Origin: Candidatus Hydrogenedens sp.
GTDB lineage: Bacteria; Hydrogenedentota; Hydrogenedentia; Hydrogenedentales; Hydrogenedentaceae
Reading direction: 5' to 3'
Length of the DNA: 64,000 nt
NCBI GenBank assembly: GCA_049968235.1
Contig: JBMFRC010000014.1
Coordinates: 12,152-76,151 of the forward strand
In this document: piece after piece, positions 10,115 to 20,538 of the stretch
Numbering within the stretch: the first letter of the stretch is position 1
Layout of the letters: each line of letters opens with the position of its first letter
Program-made: the position numbers and the translations under genes
Notes under the pieces: model-generated
Seen by the model: only the letters and a program-made list of their open reading frames with translations
Told to the model about the DNA's origin: nothing
Databases searched by the model: none

Positions 10115-11008
10115 ATGAAACAGAGAAAAGGCTTTACTCTCATTGAACTTCTTGTTGTTATTGCCATTATTGGCATACTTGCGGCAATTTTATTGCCAGC
10201 ACTTGCTCGTGCTCGTGAGGCAGCGCGTCGTTCTTCCTGTCAGAATAACTTAAAGCAGATAGGTTTGTCTATGAAGATGTATGCTAACGAGGCAAAAGGA
10301 GAACGCTTCCCTACAGTAAGTATAGCAGGTGGAGATACTTGTGATGATATTCGCATTGATTTTATGTGGTGGGGACCGCAATTGTATCCAGAATATTTAT
10401 CAGACCTGAATGTTAATGTATGCCCATCCGATTCTGATGGTAAAAGGGCATATACCGATGGTCGCTGGCATTGCGGTGGGAATCCGGGTAATCCTATTTG
10501 CCCTTGCAGAATTGATGCTCTATCTTATATCTACATTTGCTGGACATTACGCGAACAGGATTATATGATGCCTGGTATGGACCCCAATGACCCAAATGTC
10601 TCTTCCTTCCAATTACCTATTAATTATATTAACCCGTTCTTCGTACAATTCCTTATGGACCTGGTAGCTGCGGTAAATGCTTCTCCAGATACAAGTACAG
10701 CACTGGGACTTGTAGATAAAGATTTTACATACAACACAGCAGATTCTCAAGGTAAGATAACCATGTATCGACTTCGTGAAGGAATAGAACGATTCCTTAT
10801 CACTGACATTAACAATCCTGCTGCAAGTACACAAGCACAAAGTGAAATTGCTTTCTTTTTCGATGGTATAGAAACAACTCCATCAGACTTCAATCATATT
10901 CCTGGTGGTGCTAATGTGCTTTATATGGATGGGCATGTGCAATTTGTTCGTTTCCCAACAGACCATCCTGCTAATAAAGTATTTGCTGCAATTATTGGAA
11001 ATGTCTAA
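10115..11008 (+). CDS. DUF1559 protein with N-terminal prepilin-type cleavage/methylation domain (pseudopilin-like, H-X9-DG-type C-terminus)
   Basis: [48 protein letters not shown]-terminus (class III signal, Gly-Phe cleavage site) and C-terminal [12 protein letters not shown] motif. GGAGGA RBS before the ATG at 10115. Confidence 0.8.
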   Translation: MKQRKGFTLIELLVVIAIIGILAAILLPALARAREAARRSSCQNNLKQIGLSMKMYANEAKGERFPTVSIAGGDTCDDIRIDFMWWGPQLYPEYLSDLNVNVCPSDSDGKRAYTDGRWHCGGNPGNPICPCRIDALSYIYICWTLREQDYMMPGMDPNDPNVSSFQLPINYINPFFVQFLMDLVAAVNASPDTSTALGLVDKDFTYNTADSQGKITMYRLREGIERFLITDINNPAASTQAQSEIAFFFDGIETTPSDFNHIPGGANVLYMDGHVQFVRFPTDHPANKVFAAIIGNV

Positions 11009-11040
11009 TTAGATAAGATAAAAAATAATATTCTATATTG

Positions 11041-11078
11041 AAGACTGCTTCTATAAAAAGAAGCAGTCTTTCTTTTAA
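11041..11078 (+). terminator. Rho-independent terminator
   Basis: AAGACTGCTTCT-ataaaa-AGAAGCAGTCTT perfect 12-bp stem followed by TCTTTTAAT. Confidence 0.8.
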
Positions 11079-11131
11079 TATTGTTACTATGTTAAAATAA
11101 ACATGTGAGATATAATAAAGGTAAATAATTT

Positions 11132-12064
11132 ATGCAATGTAACCAAAGGGAAAAAGTGGAAGATATTCTTTCAGAACAGGCTATTGAAATTATCAAGAAT
11201 CTTGATGTAGGTGCTTATGTTGTTTCCCCCGAAAGAGAGATTCTTTTCTGGAATGATAAAGCGTCTGAAATAACGGGTTATAACGACAATGAGGTGGTAG
11301 GTTCTTTATGTCAGGACAATCTATTGCGTCATGTGGATGACAACGGAACAGAACTGTGTATTCACGGATGTCCTCTATTAGAAACAATTAAAGATGGACA
11401 AATCCGTAAGACTCGTGTTTATTTGCGACACAAAGCAGGCTATCGAATGCCTGTAAAAGTAGAGACTTTACCCATTAAGATAAACAATGAAATTAAAGGT
11501 GCTGTTGAATTTTTTCAGGAGGATACTGAAGAACTTAATTTATTAGAAGAACTTCGCAGAACCCGTGAAAAAGCCTTAATCTGTCCTCTAACCGAAATTG
11601 GAAATCGCAGGTACACGGAGCAGATGCTTAAAGACCGTTTAGAAGAAATGAATCGGTTAAAAAGTAGTTTAGGTTTGTTCTTTATTGATATCGATGATTT
11701 TAAGCATATCAACGATACTTATGGACATCCCATAGGCGATATCGTGTTGAAAATGGTTGCCCGAACCCTTGTAAGTATAATGCGTCCGTATGATTTTGTA
11801 GGACGATGGGGAGGCGAAGAAATTGTTGCAATAGTACCTCATGTAAAACAGGAAGAATTGTTTGAATTGGGAGAGAGATTCCGTAAATTGATTTCAGCCA
11901 GTAGTATAAAAACAATGCAGGGACGATTAGGTGTTACAGTCTCTATCGGTGCAACCGTTTCTTGTGTAGAAGATACAGTTTATTCTATTATTGAACGGGC
12001 AGATAGAATGATGTATGAAAGCAAACGTAACGGTAAAAATAGGGTTACTATTTATTCCTCTTAG
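11132..12064 (+). CDS. PAS-domain diguanylate cyclase (GGDEF domain, motif variant GGEEI)
   Basis: N-terminal PAS-like region and a C-terminal GGDEF domain (RWGGEEIVAIVP, KHINDTYGHPIGD, RADRMMYESKRNGKNRV). Confidence 0.8.
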   Translation: MQCNQREKVEDILSEQAIEIIKNLDVGAYVVSPEREILFWNDKASEITGYNDNEVVGSLCQDNLLRHVDDNGTELCIHGCPLLETIKDGQIRKTRVYLRHKAGYRMPVKVETLPIKINNEIKGAVEFFQEDTEELNLLEELRRTREKALICPLTEIGNRRYTEQMLKDRLEEMNRLKSSLGLFFIDIDDFKHINDTYGHPIGDIVLKMVARTLVSIMRPYDFVGRWGGEEIVAIVPHVKQEELFELGERFRKLISASSIKTMQGRLGVTVSIGATVSCVEDTVYSIIERADRMMYESKRNGKNRVTIYSS

Positions 12065-12069
12065 TGCTT

Positions 12070-12858
12070 TTATCCACGAGTTTCGATACGGTGATTTTTT
12101 CCAGCATAGTGAAGATTATCAAAATATTTCTGGGGATTGATAATTCTTCCATTTTGTGAAATTTCCAGATGTAAATGATTGCCTGTAGACCTTCCTGTTG
12201 AACCCACCTTCGCTATTTGTGTCGTTATATCAACTTGCTCTCCTTTTTTGACTAAATTTTTCTCGTTGTGAGCATAGAAACTACTTGTGCCATCTTCATG
12301 TTTTATTCTCACATAATTTCCATAACTTTTACTAAAACCTGTCTCTTCTACAATACCTGCTTTAACAGGATATATGGGTGCTCCTCGAGGTGCAGATATA
12401 TCTATTCCCTTATGAAAAGTTCTTTTCCCTGTAAATGGGTCATTTCTCCAGCCATATGTAGAGGAAACCCGTTTTTGTAATGGGACAATACCTGACAGCG
12501 GATTGGATGAATTTTTGTAGGTATTTTTTAGTTTCTGATTGAAATTTTTCAAAACTTTTACAGGAGGATTTGCTACACTTTTTAAGGAAGAAACTGAGTT
12601 CATATTACCTGAAAAAATATTATATGCTTCTAAATTTTTAGGATATGACAAAAGAATAGGGGGAAGGTTGCTGACATTTACAAAACTCGGAGAATTATTA
12701 GAAGAAATTTCTGAATCCATATTATTCAAGAGTATGTTCAAAAAGGAAGTATTTTGAATTTGCTGTAATAACGACAAATTGGATAGGGAAAATATTCCCG
12801 TATTTTTCTCTATCATATTGTTTTTCGTTGAATAAGAAATTGGAGAAATACGGTGCAT
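12070..12858 (-). CDS. M23 family metallopeptidase (LytM domain)
   Basis: HKGIDISAP...GNYVRIKHEDGTSSFYAHN...GSTGRSTGNHLHLEI. The HxxxD and HxH zinc motifs of M23 are present. N/S-rich N-terminal 130 residues without an obvious signal peptide. Confidence 0.75.
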   Translation of the reverse strand: MHRISPISYSTKNNMIEKNTGIFSLSNLSLLQQIQNTSFLNILLNNMDSEISSNNSPSFVNVSNLPPILLSYPKNLEAYNIFSGNMNSVSSLKSVANPPVKVLKNFNQKLKNTYKNSSNPLSGIVPLQKRVSSTYGWRNDPFTGKRTFHKGIDISAPRGAPIYPVKAGIVEETGFSKSYGNYVRIKHEDGTSSFYAHNEKNLVKKGEQVDITTQIAKVGSTGRSTGNHLHLEISQNGRIINPQKYFDNLHYAGKNHRIETRG

Positions 12859-13064
12859 AGGTTTATCCTGAAAGTTGATTATTTATAAGCAAAATATGTT
12901 CCAATTATATATTTTTTTAAGTCCTTGATAGAACATAATTAAAATAAGTTATACATGTAATATATCGGGAATTTTTTAACATATAAAGGAATTTTTTTCC
13001 AGATGTAATAGGTAACTTCGTAAATACAGATGATACATCTCTTTTGTTCGTTATTAAATTTTTT

Positions 13065-14027
13065 TTACATTTCATCCGAACAAATGAGGCAGGATGCACA
13101 AAGAGGATTTTTCGAGAAATCACCACGTATAAAATTCTGACGAATTTCTATAGCCCGTGGAGAATTCCATACATCGTAAATAGAACTTTCCGCCACATTC
13201 CCTAAAACCATTTTCTTGAAATAATCCGTGCAACATAAAACCATATCCCCATTAAATAGGATATAGGCTTGTTTAAATAAACGGGTGCAGTGTTTGAATG
13301 GAATTGCCTTGCCGGGATTTAATTTGCGGAAAGTAGAATTATTTCCGCCTCGATTTTCCAATGCAGTATATTTTGAATTAACACCCATTTTTTTCCAGTA
13401 ATTTACTGCTTTATCTACATCAATAAGATTTGTTTTAACCATAGTTATGGTGATTTTCAATTCGGGACAATGTTCATTTCGTTTTTGAATAAGATACTCA
13501 ACATTTCTTTTTGTCTCTTCAAATTTTAAACTTCCTCGCATTGTTTCTTCATAAGGTTCTTTTTCGATGCCCTGCATGGAAATAAATATGTGCTGGAAGG
13601 GATTATCTTTAATCAGGTCATCTACCACAGCAGGTGATAATTTCCCACCATTCGTTGTGATGATAATTCGTGATTTGGGGATAATTTTCTTGATATATCG
13701 TGAGCGTTCTAAAATTTTGGGGTCTAAAAAGGGTTCGTTCATTAAGTAGGGGCTGATACGGCGTGTTTTCTTATGTTGTGCGATTTCGTGAACAATTTTT
13801 TGAAATAACTCGTCGTTCATCGTTCCTTTTGGAACATGTTCTACACTTAAAACATAGGGGCAAAAAACACAAGCGCCATTACAACCGGTTTTCGTTTGTA
13901 TTTGCACTGTAAGTGGAAAATCAGGAACTTTACGAAGCATTAGAGATTTCACTGTATCAGCCCACCACCGTTCATCTGTGCCTTTTATATAAAAACTTTT
14001 CTTCCATTTTCTAATGAAATTTATCAT
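13065..14027 (-). CDS. Radical SAM enzyme with C-terminal SPASM/twitch-like Cys-rich auxiliary-cluster domain
   Basis: CNGACVFC (CxxxCxxC) at residues 49-56, an ITTNGG strand typical of the SPASM subfamily, and C-terminal Cys pattern C..CC...C..C..C (CTRLF...VLCCTD...CASCLIC). AAGGA RBS. Confidence 0.75.
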   Translation of the reverse strand: MINFIRKWKKSFYIKGTDERWWADTVKSLMLRKVPDFPLTVQIQTKTGCNGACVFCPYVLSVEHVPKGTMNDELFQKIVHEIAQHKKTRRISPYLMNEPFLDPKILERSRYIKKIIPKSRIIITTNGGKLSPAVVDDLIKDNPFQHIFISMQGIEKEPYEETMRGSLKFEETKRNVEYLIQKRNEHCPELKITITMVKTNLIDVDKAVNYWKKMGVNSKYTALENRGGNNSTFRKLNPGKAIPFKHCTRLFKQAYILFNGDMVLCCTDYFKKMVLGNVAESSIYDVWNSPRAIEIRQNFIRGDFSKNPLCASCLICSDEM

Positions 14028-14162
14028 CTGTATTCCTTAAATTTTAGATATAATTAACAATTAGTGAGTTAGAAGGTATTTATGTATTTTTTTCCTATCT
14101 CATTTCCACCATCGTATTCGTTTTGTCAGTTTATTCGTCTTATTTCGTAATTATATAGGTTT

Positions 14163-17100
14163 CTATTTAATAAAAATATCGTTCAGGGTAACATAACGCA
14201 AGTTACCAAATTGTGCAAGAGAGTCAGGGGTTATCCTGTTTAGTGGTAACATGACGCTGATAAGTCTCTTACTGGATTTAACTTTTTTATCATGGAACTG
14301 AATTAAATCTTGCAGGGTTAATTTCTGGATGCCTGCATACCATTGTTTTCTTGGGTCATCTTCAAACCCATGGAGATACCAGCCATATACACGTCCTAAT
14401 ATACTTCGGAATGGAACCTTATCCGTTTGATAGTCATTTAGGACAGATTCTTTCGCAAAACGGAAACGTTCTTCGGATACAGGTAGATTATCAAATAAAT
14501 GTAAAAAACATTCCAATGCATCTTTTAATTTATCGGGTTGTGTCTGGATAACACCAACCATTAAATCTTCATCACCTTTCCTGTATCCCCCAATATACTG
14601 GGCTCCTGCTACATAGGCTAATGCTCGTGCTTCCCTTAATTCTTGAAAAACAACTCCTGCCATACCACCACCAAAATATGAATTAAAAACCTCTATTACG
14701 GGTTCTTCTTCCATCGTAGATTCTTCCAATCCGAACTCTATTCGCACATTTGCCTGTGTGGTTTCTTTGTCCAGCATATACAACTGTGTGTTTTCTGGCT
14801 TTCGCGATTTTAAGTATATATAAGGGGGTGTATCTTTCAACAAGGATGAAAATTTTTTTGTTTTTTCTTTTTGTCCTAATTCCTTTTTTAAATAACTTTT
14901 ATAAAGTTTTGTTATATCTTTATGATTTAATGTGCCTGCATAAAAAATATGGTGTTTATAATTCAACAAATTTTTTGTTATATCCTGTAGTTCTTCAACA
15001 GATAATTTTTTCAAATCCTCTTCTGGAAGTAGGTTCAAATAGGCGGATTGTGTATCTAAACGGTTGAACTGCACCAATGCCCGCATCACCTCTTCCGGGT
15101 CCTTTTTGGAATCCTCTCGTTGAGTGAGAATAATTGCCTTTAACTCTTCCAGTACATCTTTTTCTACTTGAGGATGAAACATTACTTCCATTAATAAATC
15201 CATAGTTTCCTTAAAACGGTCGTCAAAGCCATTTAAGGAAATTACAGTTTCATTATTGATAGAACGGACATTAAATTCTGCTCCTAGTTTATACCATTCT
15301 TTTTTGAGGTCTTCTGCGGAAAGATAACGCGTTCCGGATTTTTCCAGTAATCGTAGAGCCACTGGAATTTTAGGATTGTGATAATTGCCTATATCTACCC
15401 GTATTTCAAAGCTGAAAATTTTATTCAACGGATTTTTGCAAAACCAGAAATCCAGTCCTTCTTTTTTCGGAAGATGAATGTAATCTTTCCCTTTTTTCAA
15501 GAAAACGGGTTTGCTTTCAGTCGTAGGAATGGATAAAATCTGCTGGGCAAAAGGAGAAAGTTTTGTGCTATCAATTGTTAATGGTGTTAACTTTGGTTTA
15601 GGGACATAGTTAATTTCACGCTCCCCATTCTTACGATAGCCTGCGACATATCCCTGCGAAAAATATTTTTTGGCAGTACTTATAATTTCATCTTTGGTTA
15701 TCTTTTCCATACGTTCAATTCGTTTCAAATGTTCCTGCCAATCTTCATGTGCGATGAACGCGTCCGTAAGTTCACTTACCCGTCCTTCGTTTGTTTCCCT
15801 CGAACGCTCCTTCATTTTTCGGAAGTCTGTAATAATTGCAGATAAAAGCCAATCTTCAAAGTTTCCTTCACAAAGCAGTTTTATTTGTTCTAACAATAAG
15901 TGTTCCACATCTTCCAAACTCTGTCCATCTTTCGGTACTCCCAATATATATTCAACACCTAAATCATTCAATTGCACAATAAAAGAGCCTGCTCTTCTAA
16001 CTTTTTGTTTTTGGGTCAGATTTAGATTAATTAGTCCTGCTACGGCGTTGTCTAAAATCATATCTATCAGAGCAATTTTATCGGCATCCGGGTGTAATTT
16101 GGGCACAGTGCGAAAAGCAAGTATTACTTCCGGTTCACCTTCAAATTGTATTTCTACCGAAATTCTTTCTTTCAACGGTTCATAACAATATGTAGAAATA
16201 GGCGAACAGATTTTGTTTCCTTCAATTTCCCTATTTGCTATTGGAGGTTTTTCCTTACTCCTTTCTTCGTTTGTTTTTTCTTTCCTTATTTCTGAAAAAT
16301 ACTTTGCAATAATTTCTATCGCCTCTGGAATCTTTATATCTCCAGATATTCCAATGGATAGATTTTCAGGCACATACCATTTCTCAAAGAAATTCTTGAT
16401 GTTCTTTATGGATGGATTTTTCAAGTGTTCTGGTTCGCCCAATACGGTTTGTGTCCCATAAGGATGGTCAGGGAACAACGCTTTATTGATTGTTTCCATC
16501 AACATTTGTTCACGATTATCCATAGCACGATTCTTTTCTTCATACACGGTTTCCAGTTCTGTCGCAAACAGACGGAAAATTGGTTTTGAGAATCGGTCGG
16601 ATTCTAACATTGCCCAGTGTTCTAAACACCCCGAAGGCAGTTCCACTTTGTATACTGTTTCATCAATCCATGTATGAGCATTAATCTTATCCCCTCCCAG
16701 TGATTTATAAACACGGTCCAATTCATTAGGAACTGCATATTTGCTTGCTTCTTGAGAAATTTGGTCAATTTCTTTGTAAATTTCTTCCCGTTTTTGTGTA
16801 TCTGTTGTTTGCCGATATTTTTCATACAACTCTTCAATTTTATCGAGTAGTTCCTTTTCTTTGGTGAAATCAATAGTTCCCAATCGTTCTGACCCTTTAA
16901 ACATCAGATGTTCAAAATAATGTGCTAAGCCGGTAGTTTCTGGCGGGTCATTCTGACTGCCTGTTCGAACAGCTATCTCTGCATAGAAACGAGGAACTTC
17001 ATGATTCTCTGTTAAATATACAGTTATTCCGTTGGCTAAACGATAAATATATACCTGCATGGAATCCTCAGGTTTGGGTTGATATACCAGTTGGTAGCCA

Positions 17101-17171
17101 TAAACGGAGCCTGTTGAACAGAAAACTACTGTGCTCATTGTTATTCCTATAAAAAAATGTTTCATATTCAT
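14163..17171 (-). CDS. Secreted M16 (insulinase/pitrilysin) family zinc peptidase, 1002 aa
   Basis: Signal peptide, then the inverted zinc motif HYFEHLMFKG (HxxEH) about 80 aa in. Its length fits a duplicated M16 active/inactive domain architecture. Confidence 0.8.
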   Translation of the reverse strand: MNMKHFFIGITMSTVVFCSTGSVYGYQLVYQPKPEDSMQVYIYRLANGITVYLTENHEVPRFYAEIAVRTGSQNDPPETTGLAHYFEHLMFKGSERLGTIDFTKEKELLDKIEELYEKYRQTTDTQKREEIYKEIDQISQEASKYAVPNELDRVYKSLGGDKINAHTWIDETVYKVELPSGCLEHWAMLESDRFSKPIFRLFATELETVYEEKNRAMDNREQMLMETINKALFPDHPYGTQTVLGEPEHLKNPSIKNIKNFFEKWYVPENLSIGISGDIKIPEAIEIIAKYFSEIRKEKTNEERSKEKPPIANREIEGNKICSPISTYCYEPLKERISVEIQFEGEPEVILAFRTVPKLHPDADKIALIDMILDNAVAGLINLNLTQKQKVRRAGSFIVQLNDLGVEYILGVPKDGQSLEDVEHLLLEQIKLLCEGNFEDWLLSAIITDFRKMKERSRETNEGRVSELTDAFIAHEDWQEHLKRIERMEKITKDEIISTAKKYFSQGYVAGYRKNGEREINYVPKPKLTPLTIDSTKLSPFAQQILSIPTTESKPVFLKKGKDYIHLPKKEGLDFWFCKNPLNKIFSFEIRVDIGNYHNPKIPVALRLLEKSGTRYLSAEDLKKEWYKLGAEFNVRSINNETVISLNGFDDRFKETMDLLMEVMFHPQVEKDVLEELKAIILTQREDSKKDPEEVMRALVQFNRLDTQSAYLNLLPEEDLKKLSVEELQDITKNLLNYKHHIFYAGTLNHKDITKLYKSYLKKELGQKEKTKKFSSLLKDTPPYIYLKSRKPENTQLYMLDKETTQANVRIEFGLEESTMEEEPVIEVFNSYFGGGMAGVVFQELREARALAYVAGAQYIGGYRKGDEDLMVGVIQTQPDKLKDALECFLHLFDNLPVSEERFRFAKESVLNDYQTDKVPFRSILGRVYGWYLHGFEDDPRKQWYAGIQKLTLQDLIQFHDKKVKSSKRLISVMLPLNRITPDSLAQFGNLRYVTLNDIFIK

Positions 17172-17330
17172 GTTAAAAACCTTTTAAAGTAGAATCATAT
17201 ATCTTCTCAAAATAGATATAAGAATGAAATATTATACTAATTTATCATATAATCAAAACCAAAAGTCTACTCAAATACTCTAATTATACACAATTACCAA
17301 TCAAAATCTCTGATAAGAAGGAACAACATC

Positions 17331-18965
17331 ATGTTTTCTCCCAATTCTTTTTTAGGAAGGCATCCTATTTTAAGATGGACACTAATAACCATTGTGTTAA
17401 TTATCGTTTTGTTCTTTTTATGGCTTTATTCACGCATGCGTGGACCATATCAAAATTATACACTTGACTTTTTAATTCCCGACCCTGCTTCTACACCGCA
17501 ACCCGGTGTCCTTGAAGTAGGCGTGGCTAAAAGGGATATTACTCCTATTCTTGACCTGTATGATACATGGGAAGATGTGAACAATAATGGGAAATTTGAC
17601 CCGGGTGTGGATACTTATGTAGATAAGAACAATAATGGGAAATTTGATGGTATATGGATAGCGGGTTTTGGGACTAATCGTCCTGCAAAAGGAATCCATG
17701 ACCCGCAATGGGTTCGTGCTATTGCGTTTCGTAATAATGGTGTTACTCTGGTTATGGCAAGTTTTGATGCCATCGGTATCTATCATAATGACTTTATAAC
17801 CATTCGCAAAAGTATAGACCCCGGTTTAAAGATAGACCATGTTCTGTTTTCATCTACCCACTGCCATGAAGTAGTGGACACCATGAAAATCTGGACTTTC
17901 TGGAAACGAATTAAAGGACTGGATATTCCGGGTTTCGGTTATGATGATAGGCACATGAAATTTATTCAGAAGCTGGCTAAAGAGGCGATAGAAGAAGCAG
18001 TCCGTAATCTGCAACCTGCGGATATGTATTGCACGAAAGTAGAAGTAGGACCGGAAGGATTTATTCGCGATTCTCGAAAACCGGAGGTAATAGACCCTTA
18101 TATGTATTTATTCCGATTCACGAAACCTAATACAGACGAAACTATAGCCACCTTTGTGTCATGGGGTAATCATCCAGAATCGTCAGGAAGTGAAAATAAT
18201 TACCTTTCCTCGGATTTCTGTCATACTCTTCGTGAAGGATTAGAAAATGGTGTCCCCGAACCCAATGGTGCCCCCGGTTTTGGTGGTATGTGTTTATATT
18301 TTCAGGGAATGGTTGGCGGTCTTATGACACAACTGGGGGTTGAAGTTCCAGACCGTTCCGGGAAGACAACATATAAAGAATCCTCGTTAGAAAAAGGCGA
18401 AGCATTGGGATATAATGTAGCCCTTGTAGCAATTAATGCACTCCGCGGACCCAATGTCTGGAAAAATGAAAACCCTCTGCTAGCAGTTTCTGCTAAAACA
18501 TATCTCGCTCCTATGCAGGGACACTTCAAATATGCAATTATGTTAGGACTTATTCATGAAGGATATTATTGGGGCGGTAAATCGAAAACGGAAGTCAATG
18601 TTGTGCGTATTGGCGATGTTATGATTACTACTGTTCCGGGCGAATTATACCCCGAAATTGTTCAGGGTAATATTGAAGCACTGCCGGGTAATGATTTCAA
18701 CCTGACTGCTCCTGTAGAAAATCCCCCTTTACGAATGGAAATGGAAAAAGAATCTAGGATGGCATTCGTTATCGGTTTAGCCAATGATGAGATTGGATAT
18801 ATACTTCCCCAATCGCAATGGGATACAAAGCCTCCATTTGTATATGGAAAGAGTCAATATGGTGAAGAGAACTCTGGCGGACCTGAAGTGGGGACAACCT
18901 ACCACAAGAACGCATTGGAACTTATCCGGCGAATGAATAAAGCCTATCCACGAAAGACGAATTAA
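17331..18965 (+). CDS. Membrane-anchored neutral/alkaline ceramidase-like hydrolase (tentative)
   Basis: N-terminal TM helix. GVAKRDITP...[13 protein letters not shown]...SSTHCHEV resembles the neutral ceramidase N-terminal catalytic region (GKADIT..., ATHTHSGP). Internal NNNGKFD duplication. Confidence 0.45.
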   Translation: MFSPNSFLGRHPILRWTLITIVLIIVLFFLWLYSRMRGPYQNYTLDFLIPDPASTPQPGVLEVGVAKRDITPILDLYDTWEDVNNNGKFDPGVDTYVDKNNNGKFDGIWIAGFGTNRPAKGIHDPQWVRAIAFRNNGVTLVMASFDAIGIYHNDFITIRKSIDPGLKIDHVLFSSTHCHEVVDTMKIWTFWKRIKGLDIPGFGYDDRHMKFIQKLAKEAIEEAVRNLQPADMYCTKVEVGPEGFIRDSRKPEVIDPYMYLFRFTKPNTDETIATFVSWGNHPESSGSENNYLSSDFCHTLREGLENGVPEPNGAPGFGGMCLYFQGMVGGLMTQLGVEVPDRSGKTTYKESSLEKGEALGYNVALVAINALRGPNVWKNENPLLAVSAKTYLAPMQGHFKYAIMLGLIHEGYYWGGKSKTEVNVVRIGDVMITTVPGELYPEIVQGNIEALPGNDFNLTAPVENPPLRMEMEKESRMAFVIGLANDEIGYILPQSQWDTKPPFVYGKSQYGEENSGGPEVGTTYHKNALELIRRMNKAYPRKTN

Positions 18966-19008
18966 TAATCATAAACAAGCAAACCGACGAGAGGAAGGAT
19001 GTAACGAG

Positions 19009-20436
19009 ATGAGCAAAGGAATAACCAAACGCTCTGAAGATTATTCTCAATGGTATATTGACATTGTATTGAAAGCGGAATTGGCAGATTATAGTCCTGT
19101 AAAAGGTTGTATGGTTATCCGACCTAACGGTTATGGTATCTGGGAGAATATTCAGAAGAACCTCGACCGTATGTTTAAGGAAACGGGGCATGTCAATGCA
19201 TATTTCCCTATGCTCATTCCTGAAAGTTTCCTGAAAAAAGAGGCAGAACATGTAGAAGGTTTCGCTCCAGAGTGTGCTGTAGTAACACATGGTGGGGGAA
19301 AGCCCCTGGAGGAACCGTTAGTAATACGACCAACCTCAGAAACAATTATCTGGGCTACTTATAAAGATTGGATAAGTTCTTACCGTGATTTGCCGTTGCT
19401 TATTAATCAATGGGCAAATGTCTGCCGTTGGGAAATGCGAACACGACTTTTCCTTCGTACCACAGAATTCCTATGGCAGGAAGGGCATACCGCTCATGCT
19501 TCCTATGAAGAAGCAGAAGAAGAAGCCCTTCGAATGATTCGTGTATATCAGAGATTTGCAGAGGATTATCTTGCTATGCCTGTGATTGTAGGTAAGAAAA
19601 CGGATTCCGAAAAATTTGCTGGTGCTGTCCATACCTATTGCATCGAAGCACTCATGCAGGATGGGAAAGCCTTGCAGGCGGGGACATCTCATAATTTAGG
19701 ACAAAATTTCGCAAAGGCGTTTGATGTAAAATTTCAGGATAAAGATAAAGAATTGAAATATGTATATGCTACAAGTTGGGGTGTTTCGACGCGACTTATT
19801 GGTGGAATGATAATGACACATTCCGATGACCAGGGACTTGTTGTCCCGCCGAAATTGGCGCCCCTACCTGTAGTAATTGTTCCCATCTGGAGAAGTGATG
19901 AGGAGCAACAAAAAGTTTCTGAATTTGCACAAAATATTACCAGAGATTGGGACCCTCTTTTTTATAAATTTGATGACCGTGACCAGTACAAACCCGGTTA
20001 TAAATTCAATGAATGGGAACTGAAAGGTGTCCCTCTACGCATTGAAATAGGTCCTCGTGATATACAGAATAAACAGGTAGTACTTGTGAGAAGAGATAAT
20101 GCGGAAAAAATAACTTTGAGTATTGATAACTTGAAAGAACATGTAGAAAATACTCTTGCAGATATACAAAATAACCTATTTAAAAAAGCCAAGGAAAGAA
20201 CTGAAGCGAATACATTCACTGTTGATTCTTATAATGAATATAAAGAACGGATTGAAAAGGGTGGATTCTTCCGTGTGTTCCTTGACCATACCAATCCGGA
20301 AGTGGAACAGCGATTAAAGGAAGAAACAAAATCAACCATTCGTTGTATCCCCTTTGATGTACCTGAAGAAGAAGGTCCCTGTATGATAACGGGTAAACTT
20401 TGTAAATATCGTGTTATCGCCGGGCAAGCGTATTAA
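19009..20436 (+). CDS. proS: Proline--tRNA ligase (archaeal/eukaryote-like type)
   Basis: Class II aaRS motifs and full-length similarity to ProRS ([56 protein letters not shown]). Confidence 0.9.
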   Translation: MSKGITKRSEDYSQWYIDIVLKAELADYSPVKGCMVIRPNGYGIWENIQKNLDRMFKETGHVNAYFPMLIPESFLKKEAEHVEGFAPECAVVTHGGGKPLEEPLVIRPTSETIIWATYKDWISSYRDLPLLINQWANVCRWEMRTRLFLRTTEFLWQEGHTAHASYEEAEEEALRMIRVYQRFAEDYLAMPVIVGKKTDSEKFAGAVHTYCIEALMQDGKALQAGTSHNLGQNFAKAFDVKFQDKDKELKYVYATSWGVSTRLIGGMIMTHSDDQGLVVPPKLAPLPVVIVPIWRSDEEQQKVSEFAQNITRDWDPLFYKFDDRDQYKPGYKFNEWELKGVPLRIEIGPRDIQNKQVVLVRRDNAEKITLSIDNLKEHVENTLADIQNNLFKKAKERTEANTFTVDSYNEYKERIEKGGFFRVFLDHTNPEVEQRLKEETKSTIRCIPFDVPEEEGPCMITGKLCKYRVIAGQAY

Positions 20437-20481
20437 TACAAAAAAAAAAGAATTTTATATTTGTTATAATGTATAAAAAAT

Positions 20482-20511
20482 AGAGCAGGAATTCGTTTGA
20501 ACTCCTGCTCT
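20482..20511. terminator. Bidirectional rho-independent terminator between convergent genes
   Basis: AGAGCAGGA-N12-TCCTGCTCT hairpin flanked by an A-run upstream and GTTTAGTT downstream. Serves proS (+) and the DUF1559 gene (-). Confidence 0.65.
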
Positions 20512-20538
20512 GTTTAGTTAAAACCTAACCAAAAATCT

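Noticed and set aside
12917-13126. 69-aa ORF (and its internal 52-aa MKCKK... version) as the rSAM precursor peptide
   Set aside because: It overlaps the rSAM 3' end with no RBS and is built largely from an A/T-rich spacer. It is kept only as a weak candidate inside the rSAM finding, not as a feature.
15670-16185. 171-aa ORF and the other 60-170-aa ORFs that lie antisense or out of frame within large genes (e.g. 3966-4205, 4215-4625, 22970-23488, 36324-36782, 49722-50084)
   Set aside because: All overlap well-supported genes on the opposite strand or in other frames, and show Ser/Cys/Ile-rich shadow-ORF composition.
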